Below, piece by piece: positions 1-9,648 of a DNA stretch of 64,000 bases; position 1 is the stretch's first letter, and every line of letters begins with the position of its first letter. The notes under the pieces are model-generated. The model was not told the DNA's origin, ran no database searches, and was given only the letters and a program-made list of their open reading frames with translations. The stretch comes from an uncultured Clostridia bacterium. GTDB taxonomy: Bacteria; Bacillota_I; Bacilli_A; RF39; UBA660. The translations under genes were made by a program, and so were the position numbers. The stretch is from assembly GCA_947165945.1 (NCBI GenBank), contig CAMVCF010000002.1:1057-65056 (forward strand). The letters run 5' to 3'.

Positions 1-2
1 CA

Positions 3-704
3 AGTGGAACAGGGTATTTTATAAAATTTGATAAGACAAAAAGTGTATCTACAATACTCGATGAGATGCTAACAGAAAGTAATTCTAAAAATAATCCATC
101 AACAATACAAGGAGTAATAAATGATTGGTGGGGAACAGGAGGAGAAAATAGTCTTGAAGCAAAATACTCTGAATATTTAGAAGATACGGAATGGTGTAAT
201 GATAGAAGTATAGCAAGTTTAGGAGGATGGTCACCAACTGGAACTTTATATAGTAGTAGTTGGAAAGATTATTCAATTGTATTTAATGAAAGAGTAAGAT
301 ATGACCAGGAGGCATTTGGAAGTGATGCAAACAATATAAGAAATACAAATACCCCAATATTAACATGTAGTCGTCCTGTTGATAGATTAACTGTTGCAAA
401 TGGGAATTTAACATATCCAATTGGTTTGTTAACATATGATGAAGTTGCACTTGCTGGTGCAAGCTGGTCAAATGGAAATAGTAACTTTTACTTATATACA
501 TACCAATTTTACTGGCTTTTGTCGCCTTCTAATTTCAGCGGCGTCTGTGCTAATGTGGGCGACGTGTACTCGAGCGGCGATTTGAATGGCTATCGCGTGT
601 TCAATACTAACGGCGTTCGTCCGGCTCTTTCACTGAAATCTGGAACACAAATATTAAGAGGAGAAGGAACAAAAACAAAACCATATATCATAACAGAAGA
701 TTAA
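3..704 (+). CDS. Surface/secreted protein, C-terminal part only (5' end is outside the window), with a lectin-like C-terminal module ending in a GVRPALSLK motif
   Basis: The frame of track ORF 66..704 stays open back to nt 3, so M66 is internal. The C-terminal string YWLLSPS..A.V...G....NGVRPALSL resembles the YW.S(S/T)..A..V..G...VR.V signature of C-type-lectin/DUF1566-like folds. Terminator 784..832 follows. Confidence 0.7.
   Translation, partial: SGTGYFIKFDKTKSVSTILDEMLTESNSKNNPSTIQGVINDWWGTGGENSLEAKYSEYLEDTEWCNDRSIASLGGWSPTGTLYSSSWKDYSIVFNERVRYDQEAFGSDANNIRNTNTPILTCSRPVDRLTVANGNLTYPIGLLTYDEVALAGASWSNGNSNFYLYTYQFYWLLSPSNFSGVCANVGDVYSSGDLNGYRVFNTNGVRPALSLKSGTQILRGEGTKTKPYIITED
510..640 (+). 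other. A-depleted, GC-rich patch inside the CDS; candidate DGR variable repeat (VR)
   Basis: Hand count for 512..637 gives about 52% G+C and about 16% A, against AT-rich flanks. No codon ends in A between 512 and 629. All remaining A sit at codon positions 1 or 2 (aat agc gac tac gat tat act aac). The GC-rich 14-mer ggcgttcgtccggc closes the patch. Confidence 0.45.
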
Positions 705-783
705 TAAAAGATAAGGTGTTCCAAGACTTCTTCTAGGTATAAAGGCCAAAACCTATTTAAAAAATTTATAAATGCTAATATAA

Positions 784-832
784 AAACTGATAAATATGTC
801 ATAGTTAATAGTGATAATTTATCAGTTTTTTT
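784..832 (+). terminator. Rho-independent terminator
   Basis: Stem aaactgataaat (784-795) pairs with atttatcagttt (817-828), followed by a T-run. Confidence 0.7.
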
Positions 833-852
833 GATGTTCATATTTACAGTAG

Positions 853-2055
<1,203 letters not shown>

Positions 2056-2064
2056 TTGATAGAC

Positions 2065-2101
2065 AAAATGTAAAATTAGTATTTACGTTTTCTTTTTTTT
2101 T
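2065..2101 (+). terminator. Rho-independent terminator after tgt
   Basis: Stem aaaatgtaaa (2065-2074) pairs with tttacgtttt (2082-2091, one G-U pair), followed by T8-9. Confidence 0.65.
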
Positions 2102-2128
2102 GATATAATTATTCTGGGAAGATTAATT

Positions 2129-2477
2129 ATGAAAAAATATTTACAAAGAATTGTTGATTCTGAGGTAGAAAACAAATTATCTTATATGGGAGCTGGGCTG
2201 TAAATGGTGTGGTAAATCAACTACTGCTAAGCAACATGCCAAGAGTTTAATTGAAATAAAATCGACCGCAATCACATTAACTTTAGATGATGCGTTAAGG
2301 TAGAAAAATTAAAAAAATAAATATTAAAAAAATAAATAAATATTTACAAACTAAGACAAAGTTGATATAAGTATGTGTGGTGAACCAGCATTTTTAATGG
2401 TTCTTACAGGAAGTAATTATTCTTATCGAAGAGATGATGGTGTTTATGTTGTATCTATTGGTAGTTTGAGAAATTAA
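2129..2477 (+). pseudogene. Eroded remnant of an AAA-type ATP-binding protein gene (AAA_14/DUF4143-like family)
   Basis: Three fragments lie in different frames. They are the N-terminus MKKYLQRIVDSEVENKLSYMGAGL*, a Walker A piece CKWCGKSTTAKQHAKSLIE.., and the C-terminal tail MCGEPAFLMVLTGSNYSYRRDDGVYVVSIGSLRN*. About 350 nt is left of a gene expected to exceed 1 kb. The centre is a 43-nt A/T-only filler (2304-2346). Confidence 0.5.
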
Positions 2478-2500
2478 TTTAAAATACAAGGGGGATTTAT

Positions 2501-3508
2501 ATGGAAGTAATAAGTAATATAGATGATTATAAAGAAATTATAAAAAGAGAAATAAAAAGTGATAATTTAATAATATTTCCAACGGAAACAGTTTATGGAA
2601 TAGGTGCTAATGCTTTAAAAAGTGAGGCAGTTAACAAAATATTTGAAGTGAAAACAAGGGCTCGTAATAATCCCTTAATAGTTCATTTAAAAAGTAAAGA
2701 TGAAATAGAAAAGTATGCAATAATAGAAAATGAAATAGAAAAAAAATTAATTGATACTTTTATGCCTGGACCAATTACAGTTATATTAAAAAAGAAAGAA
2801 TGTATTCCAGAGTGTGTTACAGCAGGACTTGAAACAGTTGGAATAAGAGTTCCAATTAATGAAATAGCTCATAAGTTTTTAACTTTAGTAGATGTTCCAA
2901 TAGCTGCTCCAAGTGCCAATATTTCTACTCGTCCATCAGGAACTAGGGTTTCAGATATTAAAGAAGAATTTGATGATACTATAAATTATATAATTGATGG
3001 AGGAGAATCTCAAATAGGTCTTGAATCAACTGTTGTTAAAGTTATAGATAATGTACCAACAATACTTAGACCTGGTTTTGTAACTTTGGAAATGATCAAA
3101 GATGTAATAGGTATTTGTAATGTATCAGAACATGTTTTAAAAGAAGTTAATATTAATTCTCACGTAGAAAGTCCAGGAATGATGTATAAACATTATTCTC
3201 CTAAAACAAAATGTATATTAGTTTATAGTAAAGATATAAATACATTAAAAAGATTAGTTAAAGAAAATATAACAAATAAAACAGTTATTTTAGGAAGTAA
3301 TAAATTAAAAGATATAGATTGTTTTAAATTTATTAATTATGGAGAAACTCTTAATGATATTTCTCATAATATATTTTCTCTTTTAAGACAAAGTGATACT
3401 TATAATGCTAATTTAATAATAATAGAAGGAGTAGAAAAAGTTGGACTTGGTCTTGCAATCATGAATAGATTAATTAGAACAGCTAACTTTAATTATATAG
3501 AAAAATGA
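2501..3508 (+). CDS. tsaC: L-threonylcarbamoyladenylate synthase (Sua5/YwlC long form)
   Basis: 335 aa with the PTETVYGIGANA motif, the SANISTRPS motif and a Sua5 C-terminal domain. RBS GGGGGA. Confidence 0.9.
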   Translation: MEVISNIDDYKEIIKREIKSDNLIIFPTETVYGIGANALKSEAVNKIFEVKTRARNNPLIVHLKSKDEIEKYAIIENEIEKKLIDTFMPGPITVILKKKECIPECVTAGLETVGIRVPINEIAHKFLTLVDVPIAAPSANISTRPSGTRVSDIKEEFDDTINYIIDGGESQIGLESTVVKVIDNVPTILRPGFVTLEMIKDVIGICNVSEHVLKEVNINSHVESPGMMYKHYSPKTKCILVYSKDINTLKRLVKENITNKTVILGSNKLKDIDCFKFINYGETLNDISHNIFSLLRQSDTYNANLIIIEGVEKVGLGLAIMNRLIRTANFNYIEK

Positions 3509-4233
3509 AGATAATTAAATATATTAAAACAGGTAAAAATAAATATAAAGTTGAGCTTATAAATGGGGATGTATTAGTATTATATGAAGATATTATTTTA
3601 AAATATGAATTATTATTAAAAAAAGAAATAGATGATATAGAATTAATAGTTAAAGAAAATGAAAAATATAAATTATATGATAAAGTATTAAATTTATTAA
3701 GTAAAAGAATTAGATGTGAAAGTGAAATAAGAACTTATTTAAAAAAATATACAAGTGATCAAGAATATATTAATAATATAATATCTAAATTATATGAAAA
3801 CAAATTGTTAGATAATAAACTTTATATTAAAAGCTTTATTCATGATAAAATTAATTTTACAAATGATGGTCCTATTAAAATTAAAAAGAATTTAGAAGAC
3901 ACTGGCATAGATAGTTTTGAAATAGATGATTTATTAGATATATTTAACAATAAACTCCAAATAGAAAAGATTAGTAATTATGTTAATAAGAATTTAAAGG
4001 TAAATAAAAAAAGTTTATATGCTTTTAAACAAAAAATGCTAATTAATTTAATAAATTTAGGTTATTATAAAGATGATATTGTAAGTGTTCTTGATAAGAT
4101 TAAATTAAATGAAGAATCTTTAAGAGAAAAAGAAAAAGAAAAAATAAGAAAAAAGTATTCTAAAAAATATGATGGAGTAGAACTTGAAAGAGTTATTAAA
4201 AGAAAACTGTATGAAAAGGGGTTTAAAGAATAA
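3505..4233 (+). CDS. recX: RecX-family regulatory protein
   Basis: 242 aa with a repeated three-helix pattern (LLSKRIRCESEIRTYLKK.., IISKLYENKLLDNKLY.., IKIKKNLEDTGI). The ATGA overlap couples it to tsaC. Confidence 0.6.
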   Translation: MKIIKYIKTGKNKYKVELINGDVLVLYEDIILKYELLLKKEIDDIELIVKENEKYKLYDKVLNLLSKRIRCESEIRTYLKKYTSDQEYINNIISKLYENKLLDNKLYIKSFIHDKINFTNDGPIKIKKNLEDTGIDSFEIDDLLDIFNNKLQIEKISNYVNKNLKVNKKSLYAFKQKMLINLINLGYYKDDIVSVLDKIKLNEESLREKEKEKIRKKYSKKYDGVELERVIKRKLYEKGFKE

Positions 4234-4239
4234 TATTAC

Positions 4240-4268
4240 TTGTAAATATTCCTTTTTTGTGATATAAT
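4240..4268 (+). promoter_or_regulatory. Sigma-A type promoter (TTGTAA-17-TGaTATAAT)
   Basis: -35 ttgtaa at 4240-4245, a 17-nt spacer, and an extended -10 tgatataat ending at 4268. Confidence 0.5.
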
Positions 4269-4296
4269 ATGTACGAAAAAAAAGGGGGTAATTGTT

Positions 4297-4812
4297 ATGG
4301 ATTTGGACGTAAATTTAAAACAACTAATAAGTGAAATTAAATTAGCTAAGCAATTTATGGTCATAGAAAATGATCATTATTATAGTCCAATGGCAAATAA
4401 TTACATAAATAAAATGGAAAAGTATTCATCATTTTGTTCTTTAAAAAGACAAAAAGAATGGAATACTCGTATTAAAAGATTTATTAACTTAATAGGACTA
4501 TTTGATGACTATCAAATTTATTCTTATCTTCTTTGTTTTATTTATGCTGGACTTCTTATGGAAAAAGAAAAAGAAGGTTATAGTTTAGATGATTTAAAAG
4601 AATTAGTAAAATTACAAAATCATACCAGTGATACTATATTTATTTTAGCTCAAATTCTTTATCGTTTCTCAGAAAATGAAAAATTCTTTATTGAAAATGT
4701 TTTAGAAATGAATTTAGAAGAATTTTTACAAAAAGTAAAAAGTGAATATGAGAAAGAAAAAAAATATAAATTAGTAAGAATAGTTAAATATGTAAATTCT
4801 AAAAAGATCTAG
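4297..4812 (+). CDS. Hypothetical protein
   Basis: 171-aa ORF with RBS AAGGGGG. No motif recognised. Confidence 0.5.
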   Translation: MDLDVNLKQLISEIKLAKQFMVIENDHYYSPMANNYINKMEKYSSFCSLKRQKEWNTRIKRFINLIGLFDDYQIYSYLLCFIYAGLLMEKEKEGYSLDDLKELVKLQNHTSDTIFILAQILYRFSENEKFFIENVLEMNLEEFLQKVKSEYEKEKKYKLVRIVKYVNSKKI

Positions 4813-4833
4813 TAATAGATCTTTTATTTTTTT
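4802..4833. terminator. Bidirectional hairpin terminator between convergent genes
   Basis: Perfect stem aaaagatcta (4802-4811), loop gtaa, tagatctttt (4816-4825). It is flanked by A- and T-runs and overlaps both stop codons. Confidence 0.6.
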
Positions 4834-5177
4834 TCTTTAAGAATTCCTACCATAGAACCAATTGTTGTAGTAATTAAAATAATTAAGTAATAAATAAGTT
4901 GTTGAAGTCTAAAACCTTTAGTAAATAGACTTATTAAAAAGAATAAAATAAGAATTATACTACCTAAAGTAAGTCCTTTTAAATATCCTTTATCTTTGGC
5001 TTGTTTGCCTATTTTAAATCCTGATAGGAAGCAAGATAAAATAATAGTTATAATTTTAAAATATTTAATTCCATTATTACTTAAGATATCAAAGTAGTAA
5101 AAAATGGTAATTATAAATAACAAAGAAAAAAATATAATTAAAAAGTAAAATAATGATTTTATATAATTAATTAACAT
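4824..5177 (-). CDS. Small integral membrane protein (about 4 TM)
   Basis: 117 aa, almost entirely hydrophobic helices. Confidence 0.5.
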   Translation of the reverse strand: MLINYIKSLFYFLIIFFSLLFIITIFYYFDILSNNGIKYFKIITIILSCFLSGFKIGKQAKDKGYLKGLTLGSIILILFFLISLFTKGFRLQQLIYYLIILITTTIGSMVGILKEKK

Positions 5178-5198
5178 AAGTCACCTAATTAACTTTAT

Positions 5199-5226
5199 GA
5201 TAATAATAAAAAAAAATGCTAATGCA
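5199..5226 (-). terminator. Rho-independent terminator (minus strand) after ORF 5228..5947
   Basis: On the minus strand the hairpin AAATGC-atta-GCATTT is followed by a T9 run. Confidence 0.5.
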
Positions 5227-5227
5227 T

Positions 5228-5947
5228 TTATGATATTTTTTTTTCTTTTGAATGTAGGTTTTTCTTTATTGCTTCTTGAATAAACATATCAATTAAATTA
5301 TTATGAATAGTTTCTTCTAATTTTTTTTCAACATATTTAAGAAGTCTTTGCAAAGTACTAGAACTTAAATTAGAAATAGAATGTTGAATAAAACGAATAT
5401 CATTTAAATCAATTAAAGCGTTATAAAGAGCAAAATCATCCATTTTTTCTAAGTTTTCAATAAAACCATTAGCATCATTCATATAAGCAACTTGTCCTTC
5501 TAAGATTTTTTTTCTTAAGCGAGCGATAGTTTCAGCTTCATCAGTATCTTCTTTTGACTTTAAGTTTACGCTTTCTTTTTCTATAAATGGTTGATAAACT
5601 TTTTTAATATTATTAAATTTAGGGGTATTAACATTAATTGCTCTTGAACTAATAAGTGTTAAATTATTTTCTTTAATTGGTAAAAGAAGATAACTAGGAC
5701 TTTCATGTACTTTTTCTAAGTAAGACATTGGGATAGTATTATTTTTAACAAGATTGGTAATTATTTGTATCATTTCTTTAGAATAAGAAAGATCTTTATA
5801 ATATTTATTTAAAAAGTCTTTTAAACTATCAAATCTATTGTTTATTAAATCATTAGTAATTATATTTATTTCATCTGGATACATAGATCTAAGAGGAGAT
5901 AATAAACTTATTATTTCATCTATAATTTTTTCTTTTAAAGAGTTCAT
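5228..5947 (-). CDS. Hypothetical protein
   Basis: 239-aa ORF with no motif recognised. It is translationally coupled to an upstream 37-aa ORF. Confidence 0.5.
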   Translation of the reverse strand: MNSLKEKIIDEIISLLSPLRSMYPDEINIITNDLINNRFDSLKDFLNKYYKDLSYSKEMIQIITNLVKNNTIPMSYLEKVHESPSYLLLPIKENNLTLISSRAINVNTPKFNNIKKVYQPFIEKESVNLKSKEDTDEAETIARLRKKILEGQVAYMNDANGFIENLEKMDDFALYNALIDLNDIRFIQHSISNLSSSTLQRLLKYVEKKLEETIHNNLIDMFIQEAIKKNLHSKEKKIS

Positions 5948-6060
5948 CAGATCACCTCAATTTCTTCATTTGTTACTTCATTTAATATTTCAAGAAGTAG
6001 TTCTAAATCTTTAATATTTAATTTTTTTAAATTTATATCTTTTATTACATCATCATTCAT
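5947..6060 (-). CDS. Small acidic ORF (37 aa, MNDDVIKDINLKKLNIKDLELLLEILNEVTNEEIEVI), not in the ORF track
   Basis: Strong RBS GGAGGT lies 5 nt upstream of the ATG at 6060. Its TGA stop overlaps the ATG of the downstream gene (TGATG). Confidence 0.4.
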   Translation of the reverse strand: MNDDVIKDINLKKLNIKDLELLLEILNEVTNEEIEVI

Positions 6061-6140
6061 TATATACCTCCAAGTTTACTATAAAATAAGTATAGCAAAA
6101 AAAACATAATTTGTAAATTAATTTATATAATTTTATAGAG

Positions 6141-6794
6141 ATGAAAACAAAATTTTTTAAATTATTTTTAGTATTTTTATTTATTTTAGTAATATCACTA
6201 GTATTTATTATTATATTAAATAATAAAGTTATGCCACTTTATTTGTCTTATTCTGAGGGAAGAATGGAAAGTGTAGTTACAACAGTAATAAATAAAGCTG
6301 TTAGTGAATGTTATTTTGATGATGAATTATTTATTATGAAAAAAGATAGTAGTGGAACGATGATGGTTGATTATGATCCATTAGTTTTAAATAGAATTAT
6401 TTCTAATATATCAAGTAATGTATATGATAATATGAAAAAAATATTTGAATTAGATGAAAAAACTATAAATAAGTATAATCTTGATCCAAGTATTTTTTAT
6501 ATTCCGTCAGGTATAATTTTTAATTCGGTTTTATTAAATAATATTGGTCCAAAGATACCTGTTAAATTAGAACTTATTAGTAGTATTAATCCAAATATTG
6601 AAACAAAGGTAACTGAATATGGAATTAATAATTCTTTAATAGAAGTAAATATAAGAGTAAGTGTAATGGTAAAAATGATTTTACCAACTAGTAGTAAAGA
6701 TATAAGAGTAACAGTTATTGTTCCTTTAACTGTTAAAATAATACAGGGAAATATTCCTGAATACTATTTTGGATCATTCAAAAAAAGCAACTAA
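6141..6794 (+). CDS. yunB: Sporulation protein YunB-like
   Basis: 217 aa. An N-terminal TM is followed by the YunB-like pattern (..P.L..Y.E......V...INKAV.E ... N.I.S......). Confidence 0.55.
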   Translation: MKTKFFKLFLVFLFILVISLVFIIILNNKVMPLYLSYSEGRMESVVTTVINKAVSECYFDDELFIMKKDSSGTMMVDYDPLVLNRIISNISSNVYDNMKKIFELDEKTINKYNLDPSIFYIPSGIIFNSVLLNNIGPKIPVKLELISSINPNIETKVTEYGINNSLIEVNIRVSVMVKMILPTSSKDIRVTVIVPLTVKIIQGNIPEYYFGSFKKSN

Positions 6795-8077
6795 ATAATA
6801 TCAGTTGCATCTTCTTGACTAAGAGATGAAAGAAGACTTGTTTCTTCTTTAGGGGTATTCTCTAATGAATATTTTTCATCAAGTACTGTATCAATTGCTA
6901 CATTTTTATAAATTTCTTCAAATGTTGTAATTCCATCTAATACTTTTTGAAGTCCATCTTGAAGAAGAGTAGTTACATCACTTGTATAAACAAGTTCTCT
7001 AAGTTGTTCTCTTGGAATATTATTGTTATTAATTGCTTCTCTTATTTCATCATTTAAAAGTAGTACTTCTTGAATTGCAATTCGACCAAAATAGCCATTT
7101 CGACAATTATCACAATGTTTAGTTTCATCAACATCATTTATTTCTAAGATATCAAGTCCTAAATTTTCTTTAAATACAGCTTTTTCATAATCAGTTGTTG
7201 GTCTTACTTTGCGACAATTTTTGCAAAGTCTTCTTGCAAGTTTCTGAGATACTATTCCAGTTAAGGCACTTGATAAAAGGTATCTTTCAACATTCATATC
7301 TAAAAGTCTTTCAATAGTAGATAAAGAATTATTAGTATGAACAGTAGAAAAAACTAAGTGACCTGTTATAGATGCACGAACAGCAATTTGAGCTGTTTCA
7401 GAGTCACGTATTTCTCCTATTAGAATAATATTTGGATCTTGTCTTAAGATACTACGAAGAACTCTTCCAAATGTTAGACCAATTTCACTATTTACTTGAA
7501 CTTGATTTATTCCTTCAATATTCATTTCTATTGGATCTTCAACTGTTATAATATTAGTTTGTTCATTATTTAAATATTGAAGCATTGTATAGCATGTTGT
7601 ACTTTTACCTGTTCCAGTTGCACCTGTTATTAAAATAATTCCATTAGGAACTTCAATCATTCTTTTAATCTTTTTTAAATTTTTAGGTGTAAATCCTAAA
7701 GATTCAAGTCCATCACGGCTTTTTGAATAATCTAAAATACGAATAACAATTTTTTCTCCTAAATTAGTTGTAAGAGATGAAACACGCATATCAAGATCAA
7801 TTCCATTAATAGTATCTTTGATTGCTCCATCTTGAGGAAGACGAGATTCAGTTATATTCATATTAGAAATAAGTTTAAGTCTTGTTGTTAAGTTTTTTTG
7901 ATATTCTAAAGGAACCAGAGTATGATCTTGTAAAACACCATCAACTCTTATTCTTACTAATAATCCATTTTCATGAGGATCAAAATGAATATCACTTGCA
8001 CGACGACTAACAGCATAAATAATCATATTATTACATATATTGGATATTTCTTCATTTTTAAAATCATATTCTATCAT
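6791..8077 (-). CDS. GspE/PilB/ComGA-family secretion ATPase (short form, no N-terminal domains)
   Basis: 428 aa with Walker A GATGTGKST, Asp and His boxes (LRQDPNIILIGEIRD, TGHLVFSTVHTN) and the tetracysteine motif CKNC..CDNC. No pilin, platform or prepilin peptidase gene is adjacent. Confidence 0.85.
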   Translation of the reverse strand: MIEYDFKNEEISNICNNMIIYAVSRRASDIHFDPHENGLLVRIRVDGVLQDHTLVPLEYQKNLTTRLKLISNMNITESRLPQDGAIKDTINGIDLDMRVSSLTTNLGEKIVIRILDYSKSRDGLESLGFTPKNLKKIKRMIEVPNGIILITGATGTGKSTTCYTMLQYLNNEQTNIITVEDPIEMNIEGINQVQVNSEIGLTFGRVLRSILRQDPNIILIGEIRDSETAQIAVRASITGHLVFSTVHTNNSLSTIERLLDMNVERYLLSSALTGIVSQKLARRLCKNCRKVRPTTDYEKAVFKENLGLDILEINDVDETKHCDNCRNGYFGRIAIQEVLLLNDEIREAINNNNIPREQLRELVYTSDVTTLLQDGLQKVLDGITTFEEIYKNVAIDTVLDEKYSLENTPKEETSLLSSLSQEDATDII

Positions 8078-8179
8078 TATTTCCTCCTATTTTATAAAAA
8101 TATTATATCCTAAATTGATGTCAAATGTCTAGCTTTTTTTAAATTAATTTATTATAATGAGATAAAGGAGTAAATAATT

Positions 8180-9400
8180 ATGGATAATGAATTAAAAAAA
8201 GCTTTACAAAAAGAAAAAAGAAGACAAAATCAAAATATTGAATTAATTGCATCAGAAAACTATACTTCAAAATATGTAAGAGAGTTACAAGGAAGTATTT
8301 TAACTAATAAGTATGCTGAAGGATATCCAAAGAAGAGATATTATGGTGGATGTGAATATATTGATATATTTGAAGAAAAAGCTATTGAATATGCTTGTAA
8401 GTTATTTGATGTAGAGTATGCTAATGTTCAACCTCATAGTGGATCAAGTGCTAATATGGCTGTATATCGTGCACTTTTAAATCCTAAAGATAAAGTTTTA
8501 GGGATGAATTTATCTGATGGAGGACATTTAACTCATGGATATAAACTTAATTTTAGTGGAATGGACTATGAAATTGTAAGTTATGGATTAAATAAAGATA
8601 CAGAAGTTCTTGATTATGATGAAATAGAAAAAATTGCTTTAAAGGAAAAACCAAAAATGATTATTGCTGGTGCTAGTGCATATCCGAGAAAAATTGATTT
8701 CAAAAGATTCAAAGAAATTGCAGATAAAGTTGGAGCATATTTAATGGTTGATATGGCTCATATTGCAGGACTTGTTGCTGCAGGACTTCATGAAAATCCT
8801 TGTAAATATGCAGATGTAGTTACTAGTACAACTCATAAAACTTTGAGAGGTCCAAGAGGAGGAATTATTTTAACAAATGATAGTGAAATTATTAAAAAAA
8901 TAAATAAAGTAATATTTCCTGGTATTCAAGGTGGCCCTTTAATGCATGTTATTGCTGGTAAAGCAGAATGTTTTTATGAAGCATTACAAGATGATTTTAA
9001 AAAATATCAAAAACAAGTTATCAAAAATATAAAAGCAATGGCTGATAGATTTCAAAAAAATGGAGTAAAACTTATATCTGGAGGAACTGATAATCATTTA
9101 ATTTTAGTAGATGTTTATAGTAGTTTTAATATTACTGGGTGTGATGCTGAGGCACTTCTTGATAAAGTTCATATTACAGTAAATAAAAATACTATTCCAA
9201 ATGAGACATTAAGTCCTATGAAAGCATCAGGTATTAGAATAGGATCTCCAGCTATGACAACAAGAGGGTTAGTTGAAAGTGATTTTGAACTTATTGCTGA
9301 TATTATCTCGAAAGTACTTACAAATCCTAATGATAAAAAAATCTTAAAGGAAGAAGCTAAAAAAGTACTTGAATTAACTAAAAAATATCCAATTAATTAA
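8180..9400 (+). CDS. glyA: Serine hydroxymethyltransferase
   Basis: 406 aa with [11 protein letters not shown], the PLP site [14 protein letters not shown], and RBS AAGGAG. Confidence 0.95.
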   Translation: MDNELKKALQKEKRRQNQNIELIASENYTSKYVRELQGSILTNKYAEGYPKKRYYGGCEYIDIFEEKAIEYACKLFDVEYANVQPHSGSSANMAVYRALLNPKDKVLGMNLSDGGHLTHGYKLNFSGMDYEIVSYGLNKDTEVLDYDEIEKIALKEKPKMIIAGASAYPRKIDFKRFKEIADKVGAYLMVDMAHIAGLVAAGLHENPCKYADVVTSTTHKTLRGPRGGIILTNDSEIIKKINKVIFPGIQGGPLMHVIAGKAECFYEALQDDFKKYQKQVIKNIKAMADRFQKNGVKLISGGTDNHLILVDVYSSFNITGCDAEALLDKVHITVNKNTIPNETLSPMKASGIRIGSPAMTTRGLVESDFELIADIISKVLTNPNDKKILKEEAKKVLELTKKYPIN

Positions 9401-9404
9401 AAAT

Positions 9405-9434
9405 GCAAAGAGAGTAAAATTTCTTTGCTTTTTT
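9405..9434 (+). terminator. Rho-independent terminator after glyA
   Basis: Stem gcaaaga (9405-9411) pairs with tctttgc (9422-9428), followed by T6. Confidence 0.7.
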
Positions 9435-9530
9435 GTATTTAAAAAAAATATTTGACTCTCCCCTTAACTGGAGTGATAAAATGAAGTTGATGCAAGAAGT
9501 ATAATCCAAAACTTGATTTGTTTTACATTT

Positions 9531-9635
9531 TATATTTACTTTTAAAAAGAAAATAGATATAATAAGACGGTAAAAAAAGCAAATGGTATATTTACTTTAT
9601 TTTAAATATTTGATATACTTTACTATATAGTAGTG
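9531..9635 (+). repeat. Direct repeats TATATTTACTTT (x2 exact, plus one imperfect copy) and the palindrome TACTATATAGTA upstream of the T4SS operon
   Basis: Exact copies at 9531-9542 and 9587-9598, a variant atatactttac at 9613-9623, and the 12-bp perfect palindrome at 9621-9632. Confidence 0.4.
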
Positions 9636-9648
9636 TTTGGAGGTAACA

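Noticed and set aside
85-501. Antisense track ORFs 85..276(-) and 283..501(-). The same applies to 11015..11275(-), 11058..11342(-), 12451..12651(-), 14617..14811(-), 16850..17062(-), 17904..18113(-), 18360..18623(-), 19344..19790(-), 21700..21894(-), 29973..30170(-), 33777..33968(-), 38615..38839(-), 43377..43568(-), 43923..44246(-), 44967..45185(-), 46136..46357(-), 48536..48778(-), 49648..49854(-), 55610..55804(-), 56213..56551(-) and 57740..58015(-).
   Set aside because: Each lies entirely opposite a gene with strong motif support. They have low-complexity L/I/F/S/Y-rich translations typical of the antisense frame of AT-rich coding DNA, and none has a convincing RBS.
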